NCBI RefSeq assembly: GCF_963921235.1
Contig: NC_086097.1
Span: 141,610,001-141,674,000, forward strand
Length of the DNA stretch: 64,000 nt
DNA from: Mobula hypostoma
Taxonomy: Eukaryota
Reading direction: 5' to 3'
The notes under the pieces were generated by a model that was not told the origin of the DNA, searched no databases, and was given only the letters and a program-made list of their open reading frames with translations. Numbering within the stretch: position 1 is the first letter of the stretch; each line of letters starts with the position of its first letter. The position numbers and the translations under genes are program-made. Positions 25,115 to 38,410 of this stretch are shown here, in pieces.

Positions 25115-26830
25115 AACTCACCTCTTCACACCTTGATTCTATCTTGTACCCCCTTGTCCATTCCTTTTCCACTTACATCCAGGATATCTAGCATGTTCTC
25201 CACCACTGCCCCTCCCCCAGAGCATAATCTTCACAATCATCCAATCTCTATATACCTCCATTTCCTCAGAAAGACCTCAGAGCTCTCCACTTCTTTCCAG
25301 AACACAGATCCAAACAGTCTCTACTAACACTCTCTTCTGGGTGGCTGAACTTGTTCTTACCCTGAACATCTCCTTTGATTCTGCTCACTTTCTACAAATC
25401 AGAAGTGCAGCCATGGGCACTCACATGGGCCCTCCTTTTTGTTGGCTACATCGAGCTGTTCTTGTTCAAAATCTACTCTAACACCACTCCCCAACTCTTC
25501 TTCTGCTAAGTCAATGACTACATTAGTTCTGTAACCTGTAACTACGCAGAACCCATCAATGTCATCGGCTTTGCTGCTAACTTCTACCCATCCTCAAATT
25601 TACTTGTAGTATTTCTGATACTTCGCTCTTCTTATGGATCTCTTTGCCTCCATCTTAGGAGTCAAACTAATCACTGACATTTACTATAAGCCCACTGACT
25701 CCATTGCTAACCAGACAACACCTCCTCCTACTTTGTCTCTTGTAAAGACGCCATCTCTTTTAGTTTCTCCATTGTTTCTACATCTGTTCTCAAGATGATG
25801 CTTTCTGTTCCAGGACATATGAAATGTTATCTTTCAGAAAAAATAATTTTGCCTCTACTGTGGCTGATAGTCCTCAGCCATATCCCTCTATTTCCTGTGC
25901 TTCTGTTCTCACCCTAAATTTCCCTTGGTTTCTATGTTTCACCCCACTCCACCCCCACCAGCCTCAGCACCCAGCATATCACTCTTCATAATTTCTGCCA
26001 GCTGAATCACCATCCCAACATTTGACATATCTTTCTCTCCCCACTCCTTTTAGCTTTCTGCAAGGTCCACTCTCTCAATGACTCCCTAATTCATTCATTC
26101 CTCCACACTTAACACCTCCCCCAATCCCCAGGCATTTTTTCCTTGTAATCGTAGGGAAAACTGTCACTACACCTCTTCTCTCACCAATATTGAAACTTAA
26201 ACAATTCTCCCAGATGAGGTAGAGATTCACATACACATCTTCCAACCTTGTCAATTGCAGTTGGTGTTGCCAATGTGAGACAAGCACAGACAGGGTAACC
26301 TCTTTGTCAACAACTTGCTCTCTGTCTCAAAAGACCATCTCAAACCCCCAGCTTCAACTCCTCTCCCCATTCTTGCACAAACATGTCTGTCCTTGGTATC
26401 CTCCACTGCTGGGGTGAGGCAAAGGCAAGCAAGAGGAAGAGCACTTCATATTCATCCTGTGTCATAAACAATCAAATGGTATGAGCATTGACTTCTCCAA
26501 TTTCAAGTCATTTGCACCCACACTGTTCCTTTCTTTCTCTCCTCCCATATATCCCCTTCTTACCAACCCGTTACCCCCAACATAAAGCCTATTTCTCAGT
26601 TTCTTTATTCTCCCAGCTTTATGCTCTTCAACTCCTCCTCACTTGGAATAAACTATCACTGCCAATTCCTGTCTCACGCCTCCACCTCATTATTTTTATA
26701 CTGGCTAACATTCTTTACACACTTAGTCCTGATGCAAGACCTTGGTCTGAAATATTGACTATCACTTTGTCTTCACAGGTACTGCCTGAGCCATCGGGTT
26801 CTTATGGCAACTTATTTTTTTTGGTTCTTT
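25115..26830 (+). mobile_element. Degraded Penelope-like element (RT, GIY-YIG remnants, terminal repeat)
   Basis: 'gcagccatgggcactcacatgggccc' (AMGT.MGP), 'FTYTSSNLV..C' GIY-YIG-type segment near 26220, pyrimidine-rich tail and hammerhead-like end. Confidence 0.75.
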
Positions 26831-26874
26831 GATGCCAAGGTCAGGGATGACTGGGAATTGGTATAAAATATTGG

Positions 26875-27085
26875 ACAGCACGATAGTGTAGCCATTATTG
26901 TACGCTATCACAGCTGAAGTGACCCAGGTTCAATTCCCGCCGCTGACTGTAAGGAGTTTGTACATTCCCCCTGTGACTGTGTGTGTGTTTCCTCCAGGTG
27001 CTCCAGTTTCCTTCCAAATTTCAAAGAGATATAGATTAGTAGGTTAATTGATCATATGGGTATAATTACACTGTGCGGACTCATC
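26875..27085 (+). mobile_element. V-domain tRNA-derived SINE
   Basis: B box ggttcaattcc, then aggagtttgtacattcccc..tttcctccaggtgctccagtttcc. Confidence 0.75.
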
Positions 27086-29436
27086 AACCAGATGCTGAGG
27101 TACACATTGATACTAATAACATAGATAAAGAGGGATGAAGTCCTGCAAGGTGAGTTAAGCAGATGGTTTAAAAAAGTTTGAGCATAGTAATCTCAGAATT
27201 ACAGTCTGCACGACATGTTAATGAGTAGAAAGAGGAGAATGGTATAGTTGAACATGTGACTAAAGAACTGAAACAGGAGGCACTTGGATCATTAGGACGC
27301 CTCCGAGTGCAGGTAATATCTGTACAAAAACGATGGGTTGTACCCGAACTGAAAGAGGACCAATATCTTTGCACTCTTCAAGAGGTTTTAAATTAACAAG
27401 CAGGCAGGAAACATGCATAGATACATTCCAATGAGACAGGGAAAGGATGGTAGGTACAGGAATCATGGTGTACAAAGGCTGTTGTGAATCTAGTCAAGAA
27501 GAAAAGAAGAGCTTACGAAAGGTTCAAAAAACTAAGTAATGATAGAGATCTAAGGAGCTTAAGAATGAAATTAGGAGAGCCAGAAGGGGCCATGAGAAGG
27601 CTTTGGCGGACAGGATTAAGGAAAACCCCAAGGCATTCTACAAGTATGTGAAGAGCAAGAGGATAAGATGTGAGAGAATAGGACCAATCAGTGGAAAAGT
27701 ATGTATGAAACTGGAGGGGATAGCAGAGGTACTTACTGAATACTTTGCTTCAGTATTCACTACGGAAAAGGATCTTGGCGATTGTAGGGATGACTTGCAG
27801 CGGACTAAAAAGCTTGAGCATGTAGATATTAAGGAAGAGGATGTGCTGGAGCTTTTGGAAAGCATCAAGTTGGATAAGTCACCGGGACCGGACGGGATGT
27901 ACCCCAGACTACTGTGGGAAGCGAGGGAGGAGATTGCTGAGCCTCTGGTGATGATCTTTGTATCATCAATGAGGACGGGAGAGGTTCCAGAGGATTGGAG
28001 GGTTGCAGATGTTGTTCCTTTTATCAAGAAAGGGAGTAGGATTAGCCCAGGAAATTATAGACCAGTGAATCTTACTTCAGTGGTTGGTAAGTTGATGGAG
28101 AAGATCCTGAGAGGCAGGATTTATGAACATTTGGAGAGACATAACATGATTAGGAATAGTCACTATGGCTTTGTCAAAGGCAGGTCATGCCTTATGAGCC
28201 TGATTGAATTTTTTGAGGATGTGACTAAACACCCTGATGAAGGTAGAGCAGTAAATGTAGTGTATATGGATTTCAGTAAGGCATTTGATAAGGTACCCCA
28301 TGCAAGGCTTATTGAGAAGTAAGGAAGCATGGAATCCAAGGGAACATTGCTTTGTGGATCCAGAACTGGCATGCCCACAGAAGGCAAAGAGTGGTTGTAG
28401 ACAGGTCATATTCTGCATGGTGGCCGGTGACCAGTGGTGCGCCTCAGGGATCTGTTCTGGGAACCCTACTCTTTGTGATTTTTATAAATGACCTGGATGA
28501 GGAAGTGGAGGGATGGGTTAGTAAAGTTCCTGTTGACGCAAAGGTTGGGGGTGTTGTGGATAGTGTGGAGGGCTGTCAGAGGTTGCAGCGGGACACTGAT
28601 AGGATGTAAAAATGTGCTGAGAAGTGCCAGATGGAGTTCAACCCAGATCAGTGTGAGTTGGTTCATTTTGGTAGGTCAAGTATGGTGGCAGAATATAGTA
28701 TTAATGGTAAGACTCTTGGCTGTGTGGAGGATCAGAGGGATTTGGGGTCTGAGTTCATAGGGCATTCAAAGTTGCTACGCAGGTTGACTCTGTGGTTAAG
28801 AAGACATACAGTACATTGGCATTCATCAGTCGTGGAATTGAGTTTAAGAGCTGAGAGGTAATGTTGCAGCTATATAGGACCCTGGTCAGACCCCACTTGG
28901 GGTACTGTGCTCAATTCTGGTCGCCTCACTACAGGAAGGACGTGGAAACCATAGAAAGGGTGCAGAGGAGATTTACAAGGACGTTGCCTGGATTGGGGAG
29001 CATGCCTTATGAGAATAGGTTGAGTGAACTTGGCCTTTTCTCCTTGGAGCAACGGAGGATTAGAGGTGACCTGATAGAGGTGTACAAGATGACAAGAGGC
29101 ATTGATCGTGTGGATAGTCAGAGGCTTTTTCCCAGGGCTGAAATGGCTAATGCTAAAGGGCATATTTTTAAGGTGCTTGGAACGAGGTGCAGAGGGGATG
29201 TCAGGGGTAAGTTTTTTTTACGCAGAGAGTGGTGAGTGTGTGGAATGGGCTGTCGGCAGCGGTGGTAGAGGCAGAAACTATAGGGTCTTTTAAGAGGCTC
29301 CTGGATGGATACATGGAACTTAGAAAAATAGAGGGCTATGGGTAAGCCTATGTAGTTCTAAGTTAAGGGCATGTTCAGCACAGCTTTGTGGGCTGAAGGG
29401 CCTGTATTGTGCTGTAGGTTTTCTATGTTTCTATGT
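27085..29436 (+). mobile_element. CR1 ORF2 to 3' end (from about 27375), preceded by an esterase relic
   Basis: ORFs 27603..28322, 28352..28609, 28861..29235; tail ttctatgtttctatgtt. Confidence 0.9.
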
Positions 29437-29804
29437 TAGCAGTGAAGTGGGTGGGACAGAAAAATGTAAAGAATAAATCAAGCAAGTCCAGTTTAGATGG
29501 AGGGATGCGCTATTGAGGCCATTTTAGCAGGATTTAAGAATAAGACAATAGGCAGAACATATTTTAAGAAGGGTAGCTAAGATAAGCCAGAGAACTGCAG
29601 ACCATTCAGCCTGCCACCACTAGTGGGGAAATTACAGGGGAAATTTTTGAGGGACAAGATCTACCAGCATTTGGATAGGAGGAAACAGCATGCTTTGTGT
29701 GTCCAAAGTCATGTTTGAAGGATCTTTTCGATATTTTTGAACAGGTTACCTAATAAAGGGCAGATGAGAATAATGCTTTTCAAAATGTCTTTTTTAATTT
29801 TAAC

Positions 29805-30040
29805 AAGGGAGGGGAGGGAACGTCGACTCAAACCATGAGAGGCCTGCGTCGGGCATTTTCATGCCTTACAAGGTGCAGGTTGTAAGTCTGTGTGGGGCGC
29901 CACTCCTCGCACAGACACTACAGCAATGTGTGATTAAGTGCTTTGCTCAAGGGACACAAACACGCTGCCACAACTGAGGCTTGAACTAGCGACCTTCAAA
30001 TCACTAGATGAATGCTTTAACCACTTGGCCACGTGCCCAA
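29805..30040 (-). mobile_element. tRNA-derived SINE with CORE-like domain
   Basis: Minus strand: A box tggccaagtggtt, B box agttcaagcc, then gtcccttgagcaaagcacttaa; same head as 55414-55707. Confidence 0.75.
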
Positions 30041-30240
30041 CACAATTTCAACAAGTCTTTTGACAACATCCTTGATGGTAAACTGGTCTGGAAGGTTAGT
30101 TCCCAAGGATCCCAGAGCAAGCTAATTGGATCCAAAATTGGCTCAGAGGTAGGGATCAGAGGGTAGTGGTGAAAGGTTGTTTTCCAGGATGGTGGTATGC
30201 CACAGTGGTCAGAATTGAGACCCTTGCTACTCATTATCTA

Positions 30241-33200
30241 CAATGCCTATAAAAGTATTCACCCCCTTTAGAAACTTTCATCCTTCATTGTTTTACAACA
30301 CTGAATCTCAGTGGATTTAATTTGGCTTTTTTGACACTGATCAACAGAACAAGACTCCTTCCTGTCAAAGTGAAAACAGATCTCCATAAGGTGATCAAAA
30401 TTAATTACAAATATAAAGCACAAAATAATTGATTGCATAAGTATTCACCCCCCCCCCCTTTAATATGGCACATCAATTCATCACTGGTGCAGCCAATTGG
30501 TTTTAAAAGTCACATAATTCGTTAAATAGAGATCTGATTTTGGAGACCTGTATGCAGTCAAGGTGCTTCAATTGTTTATAGCAAAAATACACCTGTATCT
30601 GGAAAGTCCAACTATTGGTGAGTCCGTATCCTGGCAAAAACTACACAATGAAGCCAAAAGAACACTCCAAGCAACTCCGCGAAAAGATTATCGAAAAGCA
30701 CAAGAAAATTTCCAAGTCACTGAATATTCCTTGGAGTACAGTTAAGTCAATCCTCAAGAAATGGAAAGAATATGGCACAGCTGTAAATCTGCTGAGAGCA
30801 GGGCGTCCTCAAAAACTCAGTGACCATGCAAGAAGGGGACTAGTGAATGAGGCAACGAGGAGACCTATGACAACTCTGGAGGAGTTACAAGCTTCAGTAG
30901 TTGAGATGAGAGAGACTGTGTATACAACAACTGTTGCTTGGGTGCTTCACCAGTCGCAGCTTTATGGGAGAATGGAAAAGAGAAAGTCACTGTTGAAAAA
31001 AAATTCACATGAACTCTCGGCTAGAGTTTGCCAGAAGGCATGTGAGAGACTCTAAAATCAGCTGGAAGAAGATTCTAAGCTCTGCTGAAACCAAAATTGA
31101 GCTCTTTGGAGAAAAGATGGAAATTATAGGCCAGTTAGCCTAACCTCAGTGGTTGAGCAAGTGTTGGGAGTCCATTATTAAGGACGAGGCTTTGGGGTAC
31201 TTGGAGACTAACGATAAAATAAGTCAAAGTCAGCATGGTTTCTGTAAAGGGAAATCTTGCCTGATAAATCTGTTAGAAATCTTCGAGGAAGTGACAAGCA
31301 GGGTGAACAACAGAGATGCAGTGGATGTCCTTTACTTAGATTTTCAGAAGGCATTTGATTAAGGTGCCGCTCATGAGGCTGCTTAACAAGATAAAATCAT
31401 ATGGTGTTACAGGAAATATACTGTCATAGATAGAGGAACGGCTGACAGGCAGGAGCAGCGAGAGGGAATAAAGGGGGCCTTTTCTGGTTGGCTGCTAGTG
31501 ACTAGTGGTGTTCCTTGGGGTCAGTATTGGGATTGCTACTTTTCACATTGTTTGTCAATGATTTAGATAGTGAAATTGATGGCTTTGTGGCAAAGTTTGC
31601 GGATGATATGAAGGTAGGTGGAGGGGTAGGTAGTGCTGAGGAAGCAATGAAATTGTGGCAGGACTTAGACAAATTGGAAGAATGGGCAAAATGTGGCTGA
31701 TGGAATACAGTGTTAGGAAATGTATGATAACGTGTTTTGGTAAAAGGAACAATAGCACAGACTATTAGCTAAATGGGGAGAAAATTCAAACACCAGTGGT
31801 GCAAAGGGACCTAGGAGTCCTCATGCAAGACTTCCCAAAGGTTAATTCAGAGCTTGAGTCTGTGGTAAAGGCAAATGTAATTTTGGCATTTATTTCTAGG
31901 GGAATAAAGTATTAAAAAAATAGGAGATAATGCTAAAGCTTTATATCAGCCAGGCTGCATTTGGAGTATTGTCAACAGTTTTGGGCCCCTTATGTCAGAA
32001 AGGATGTACAGTATAGTCCTTGGAGAGAATCCAAAGGAGGTTCTCCCAAAGATGATTCTGGGAATGAAGGGTTAACATATGAGGAGCCATTGGCAGCTTT
32101 GGGCCTGTACTCACTGGAATTTAGAAGAATGCGTGGGGATTTCATTGGAACCTACTGAATGTTGAAAGGACTAGATAAGGTGGATATGGAAAGGATATTT
32201 CCTGTGGTTGGGGTATCCAGAACTAGAGGGCACAGCCTCAAAATTGAGGGGTGGCCTTTTAAAACAGAAGGAAGGAGGAATTTTTTTAGCCAAAGAGTGG
32301 TGAATCCGTGGAATGCTCTGCCACAGACTGTGGTGGAGGCCAAGTCCGTGGGTATATTCAAAGCGGAAGTTAATAGATTCCTGATTGATTGGGGCATCAA
32401 GGGATATGGTGAGAGGGCAGGTGTGTGGGTTGAATGGAATCTGGGATCAGTCATGACAAAATGGTGGAGCAGACTCGATGGGCTGAATAGCCTAATTCTG
32501 CTCTTATGTATGTCCTATGGTCTGATGGTCTTACGGTTTTTTTTGGCCATCAGACTAAACGCTACACATCATTAAAAACTCACCATCCCTACCATGAAGC
32601 ATGGTACTGGCTGCATTATGCTGTGGGGATGCTTCACTGCAGCAGCCCTGGAAGGCTTGTGAAGGTAGATACTAAAATGAATGCAGCAATATACAGGGAA
32701 ATCCTGGAGGAAAACCTAATGCAGTATGTAAGAGAACTGTGATTTGGACGAAGATTTATTTTCCAAAAAGACAATAACCTCAAGCACAAAGCCAAAGCTA
32801 CATGAGAATGGCTAAAAAACAACAAAGTTAATGTCCTGGAGTGGCCAAGTCAGAGTCTGAACCTCAATCCAATTGGGAATTTGTGACTGGACTTGAAAAG
32901 GGCTGTTCACTCACTATCCCAGGCAATCTGACAAAGCTTGAGCAGTTTTGTAAAGAAGAATGGGGAAAAATTGCAGAGTCCAGATGTGCAAAGCTGATAG
33001 AGACCTATCCACACAAGTTGTAATTGCTCCCAAAGGTGCCTACACTAAATACTGATTTCAAGGGGGTGAATACATATGCAATCAATTATATTGCGTTTTT
33101 TATTTATAATTAATATCACTTTGTAGAGATTTGTTTTCACTTTGACACGAACGAGTCTTTTTCTGTAGATCAGTGTTAAAAAAAGCCAAATTAAATCCAC

Positions 33201-33270
33201 CATGATTCAAAGTTGTAAAACAATAAAACATGAAAACTTCCAAGGAGGGTGAATACATTTTTAGGCACTG
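30241..33270 (+). mobile_element. Tc1-family transposon (long IR/DR TIRs) interrupted by a CR1
   Basis: TIRs of about 210 bp beginning caatgcctataaaagtattcacccc; TA TSDs; transposase 'AGRPQKLS..' (30615..31055), 'KHG.G.IMLWGCF', 'QKDNNLKH', 'WPSQS.NLNPIGN'. Confidence 0.93.
31110..32535 (+). mobile_element. CR1 RT/3' end nested in the Tc1 transposase
   Basis: ORFs 31153..31362, 31515..31700 (FADD), 32159..32575; flanked by tttgg on both sides. Confidence 0.88.
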
Positions 33271-33599
33271 TATATGAATTAATTGAATACAAATCCACAA
33301 GGCTTGATTGTTAAGTTTGCAACGACACAAAATTGGAAATTGTTGTTAATAGTGAAGAAGCTTACCTTGATCAGTTAAGGAAATGGAGTGAGGAGTGGCA
33401 AATGTATTTCAATAGAACTATGAAGTGATGCACTTTGGAAAGCATAGGATTTACAAGGCAGGAAATCAGGGAGTGCAATGGAAAAGAGGGATGCAAGGAG
33501 TAAAAGTGCATGTTCATTGAAAGCATTGTCACAGATAGACAGGCTGGTGAAAAAGGCAGCACACATCAGTAAGGCATTGAGTAAAAGAGTCAGGGCATT

Positions 33600-33825
33600 G
33601 TGTATTTGTTTGTTTATTTATTTATTGAGATACAGTGCAGAACAGGCTCTTCTGGCCCTTCGAGCCATGTTGCCCAGCAACTCCAATTTAATCCTAACCT
33701 ATTCACATGACAATTTACAATGATCGATTAACTGACCAACTAATACGTCTTTCGACTGTGGGAGGAAATCGGAGTACTGTATTCAGAGGAAACCCATGCA
33801 GACATGGGAGAATGTACAAACTCTT
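33600..33825 (-). mobile_element. V-domain SINE fragment
   Basis: Reverse complement of the V domain (ggaaacccatgcagacatgggagaatgtacaaactc); A-rich tail. Confidence 0.65.
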
Positions 33826-34143
33826 GCAGTTGCTGCAGTTGCTTAAGTCATTTGTGATGCTGAACTTGGAGTACAGCGTACAGTTTTGGTCACAATTTTA
33901 GCATATCCAGTTTATGATGTGCTTAAACTGGAAAAGGTGCAAAAAAAGATTTATAAGGACATTGCATGGACTAGAGGGCCTGAGGTACAAGGAGAGGGAG
34001 GCCAAGCTACATCTTTGTTCCTTGAAACATAGGAGAATGAGTGGTGAACTTATAGAAAAGATTAAAATTATGAGAGGCATGGATGAGGTGGACAGTAACA
34101 GTCTTTTCCCCAGGGTAGGGGAATCCAAAACTAAGGGGCATAT

Positions 34144-34507
34144 TCCACCTTCTGATAAATAAATTTCTCTCCCCTCCCTTTCTGTATTCCTCATTCTGAC
34201 CTTTTACCTCTTTTCACCTGCCAATTACTTCCCCCCGGTCATCTCCTCCTTCCCTTTTTCCTATGATCCACTCCCCTCTCCTATCAGATTCCTTCTTCTC
34301 CAGCCCTTGACTTTTCCATCCCACCTGGCTTCACCTATCACTTTCCCTCTAGCTTCCTTCCCCTCCCCCATCTTTTTATTCTGGCATCTTCCCCTTTCCT
34401 TTTCAGTCCTGAAGAAGGGTCTCGGCCTAAAACACCGATTGCCTTTTCATTTTCATAGATGCTGCCTGACCTGCTGAATTCCTCCAGCATTTTGTGTGTG
34501 TTGCTTG
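34144..34507 (+). mobile_element. Short Penelope-derived insert with a decayed hammerhead motif
   Basis: 9-bp TSD ggggcatat (34135-34143, 34508-34516); pyrimidine-rich body; same terminal block as about 10480-10580 and 26724-26830. Confidence 0.75.
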
Positions 34508-37500
34508 GGGGCATATGTTTAGGGTGATAGAAGAAAGAGTTAAAAGGGACCTGAAGGGCAACTTTTTCATGCAGAGGTTGTTGAGTATTTGGAATGAGAT
34601 ACCAGAGGAATAGCTGAGATGGGTACAATAGTTTAATCATTTAAGAAGCTCTTGGATAGCCTCATTGCGGGGCAAGGCTTAGAGGGATGCTGGCTGAATG
34701 CAGGAAATTGTGACCAGACAGGTAGTCAGATTGGACTGATTTGGCCAAAGGGTCTGTATCCATGCTTCATTGCACTATGATGCTCTGACTCCTCATGATT
34801 ACCACCTAGTCTCCTCGACTGATGAAAGAGTACTCCTTCATATTGCACAACAATTGGCTGAAGCACTGAGACCTCTGCCATGATGGAAACCAGTCTTTAA
34901 CCAGCCCATTCATGTCTCCATGGCATTAAGAAATGATTTAAGGCACTGGATACTGCTATTATTATTGGGCTATACAACATTTCCATTGTAATGTTGAAGG
35001 CTTGTAATACAGAACTATCTGTACAAGTAGCTCAGCTGTTCCAGCTTAGTTACTGTATTGGCACCAAAGTGACGTGTGAAAAATTGCCAAGGTAAGCCTT
35101 GTTTTCAAAATAACAGGACAACTCCAATCTGACTAATTTGCCCAATAAGCCAGTCTGAAATATCAGCAGGGTGATGGTAGGTACCATCTAGTGAAGTTGC
35201 AAAGCATAACCACATGTGGCTATAAGCAACACATATTCATCAATAATTTGATCACCAATCCTAGTTTGGGCTTCACCAGGACCACTCGACCTGAGGCATC
35301 TTTCTTTTTATAATCATTTTCAGAATCTGGGTGTTTCTCAGCAAGGCCAGCATTTATTGTCCATAATTGCCTCTGGGAAATTGAAGGTGAGCTGTCTTCT
35401 TAAGTGTTCCAATTCTTCTTGTGAAGTTTAGTAGGGACTTCTGGGTTTTAGACTCAATGATAATGAAGGATTAGTGACATATTTCCAATTTGTAAAGTCA
35501 TATAGGGGATGTTCCTTGATGACTGCACGATACCCAATTCCATCAGCAACTCTTCAGCAAATAAATCAGCAAGATCTACAGGACATTCAGGTATGGGCTC
35601 ATAAGGGCCGAGAAACATTTGCACAGCAAAGTTATAAATACTTATAACAGAAGAGAGTGTGTTAACTTATCCTTGATATTTTATTTTCCCCACTATTCAC
35701 ATATCAGTGAGCACTGATCACATATTCAAGCAGAGGTGGAGGAGTATGCCTCATGATCAACTCTTCTTGGTGCATGAATATATCAGTGCTGTCCAAATTC
35801 TGCTCACCAGACCTGGAAGATCTAGCAGTAAAGTGTCGTTCATTTTACTTACCACAGGAGTTCTCTGGGGTCTTTCTGGTAGCAGTTTACATTCCACCTC
35901 AGGCCAATGTCAAGCAGGTTTTAGATGATCTGAGCAATGGGATCAACATGCACGAAGCAGCGCACCCTAACACCTTCACCATCATTTTGGGAGATTTTAA
36001 CAAGGCCAGTCTGAAAAAATCACTAAGCAATTACCATCAACAGATAACTTACAATATCAGAGGAAACAACACACTGGACCATTGTTACACCGCCATCAAG
36101 AATGCCTACCGTGTTATTCCACGCCCCCACTTTGGGAAGTCAGATCACCTAGCTGTACTTCTACTCCCTGAGTATAGACAGAGACTGAAGACTGCAGCAC
36201 CAGTAATAAGGGCCAAGCAGGTTTGGACAAGGGAAGCACAGGAGCACCAACAGGACTGCTTTGAATCGGTGGACTGTACTGTATTCAGGGATTTATCTTT
36301 GAGTATGCTGCAGTTGTTACCGACTTCATTAAAACCTGTGTGGATGAGTGTGTGCCTACAAAGACTTACTGTACATTCCCAAACCAAAAGCCGTGGATGA
36401 ACCAGGAGGTACGTCGTCTGCTGAAGGCTAGATCTGTGGCATGCAAGTCTGGCAACCCAGGCCTGTATCAGAAACCCAAGTATGATTTGCGGAGGACTAT
36501 TTCAAGGGCGAAGAGACAATTTCAAACGAGGTTGGAGACGATATCAGATGCACGGCAACTCTTGCAGGGACTGCAAGACATTACTTCCTACAAAGTGAAA
36601 CCCAATAGTATGAATGGCAGCGATGCTTCACTACCAGATGAACTCAACACCTTCTATGTACGCTTTGAAAGGGGGAACACAACTGCAGCTGTGAAGATCC
36701 CTGCTGCACCTGATGACCCTGTGATCTCTGTCTCAGAGGCCGATGTTAGATTGTCTTTAAAGACAGTGAACTCTTGCAAGGCCTCACTGCTACAGGCAGA
36801 ATTTCCCACTTGCTTCAAAAAGGCAACAATTATACCAGTGCCAAAGAAGAATAATGTGGGCTGCCTTAATGAATATCGCCCAGTATCACTCACATCAACA
36901 GTGATGAAATACTTTGAGAGGTTGGTTATGACTAGACTGAGCTCCTGTTTCAGCAAGGACCTGGATCCATTGCAATATGCCTATCGTTACAATAGGTCAA
37001 CAGCAGACGCAATCTCCATGGCTCTTCACACAGCTTTAAACCACCTAGACAACACAAGCACCTAAGTCAGGATGCTGTTCATCGACTATAGCTCAGCATT
37101 TAATACCATCATTCCCACAATCCTGAATGAGAAGTTGAATGGGCCTCTGTACCTTCCTCTGTAACTGGAATCTCGACTTCCTAGCCAAAAGACCACAGAC
37201 TGTGCGGATTGGTGATAACATATCTTCTTCGCTGACGATCAACTCTGTCACACCTCAGGGGTGTGTGCTCACTGCTCTACTCTCTGTATACATATGACTG
37301 TGTGGATAAGTATAGCTCAAATACCATCTACAAATTTGCCGATGATACAACCATTTTTGGTAGAATCTCAGGTGGTGACAAGAGGACGTACAGGAGTGAG
37401 ATATGCCAACTAGTGGAGTGGTGCCGCAACAACAACCTGGTACTCAACGTCAATAAGACGAAAGAGCTAATTGTGGACTTCAGGAAGGGTAAGACGAAGG

Positions 37501-37799
37501 AACATATACCAATCCTCAAAGAGAGATCAGAAGTGGAGAGAGTGAGCAGCTTCAAGTTCCTGGGTGTCAAGATCTCTGTCACAACAGACCCAAATGCAAG
37601 ACACAGACACTGAAGTACAAGGAACAGGACTTGACTAGAGTGGGGACGTGACAGGATACAGACAAGGAGCAGGGACAAGAACGCAGACTTGGGCTTGGAA
37701 CCCGAGCCAGAGACTGGACAAGGACCCAGAACCTGGGTCTTGCCTCGGGCTCCAGAATCAGGCATGGACATGATATGACTGCAGGACTGCAGGCTGGGG

Positions 37800-37990
37800 T
37801 CTTGAGGCTTGAAGCTTGCGGCCTTGAGGCTTGGAGACAAGCTTGGGGACTTGAGGCTTGAGGCTTGGAGACAAGCTTGGGGACTTGAGGCTTGAGGCTT
37901 GGAGACAGGCTTGGGGTTGTGAGGCTTGAGGCTTGAGGTCTTGAGGCTTGGAATGCGGAGGCTGATAACTCAGAGGCTGGAGCTTGGAGA
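37800..37990. repeat. (CTTGAGG)n 7-mer with a 35-bp higher-order unit
   Basis: Visible tandem array cttgaggcttgaggcttggagacaagcttggggac. Confidence 0.9.
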
Positions 37991-38221
37991 CAGACTGGGA
38001 ACTGAACATCAACATGGAGCTGGGACTTACCCTTCGAAAAGCTGGGACTCATCTTCAACACGACACCAACATGTGACAGGACAGTGCATAGACATAGAGC
38101 CGGGACTTATACTTAGACAAGCCGGGACTCAACTTCATCTCCACACCAAGGTGGGACAGGACCACCCGTCGCGTAACAGCAGAACCGCCGGACTTACCCA
38201 ACAGAGGCAAAGACAAGACAA

Positions 38222-38410
38222 CACAAGACAGGTCCCCCCGCAGGGCAACGGCAGAACGGCCTGACTTACCCCACGGAGGTGAGGACAAGACAGATCCCCC
38301 TGCAGGGCAACGGCAGAACGGCCTGACTTACCCCACAGAGGTGAGGACAAGACAGATACCCTCTCAGGGCAACGGCAGAACAGCCTGATCTACCCTATGG
38401 AGGCAAGGAC
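38222..38410. repeat. About 61-bp minisatellite, three copies
   Basis: Unit caagacag..ccc..cagggcaacggcagaacggcctgacttacccca.ggaggtgagga. Confidence 0.9.

Larger units (their letters stand above)
29570..34785 (+). mobile_element. Old CR1 host copy split by a SINE, a Tc1, a second SINE and a Penelope-derived insert
   Basis: RT pieces at 29570-29805, 30045-30240, 33271-33600, 33830-34143 and 34508-34785 are collinear. Confidence 0.7.

Noticed and set aside
37328..38350. Long ORFs with SLKPQ/PQAS repeats as a gene
   Set aside because: Artefacts of 7-bp and 61-bp tandem repeats.
38222..38410. 61-bp repeats as a CRISPR array
   Set aside because: Head-to-tail units with no unique spacers, inside an LTR-like insert in eukaryotic DNA; no cas genes.
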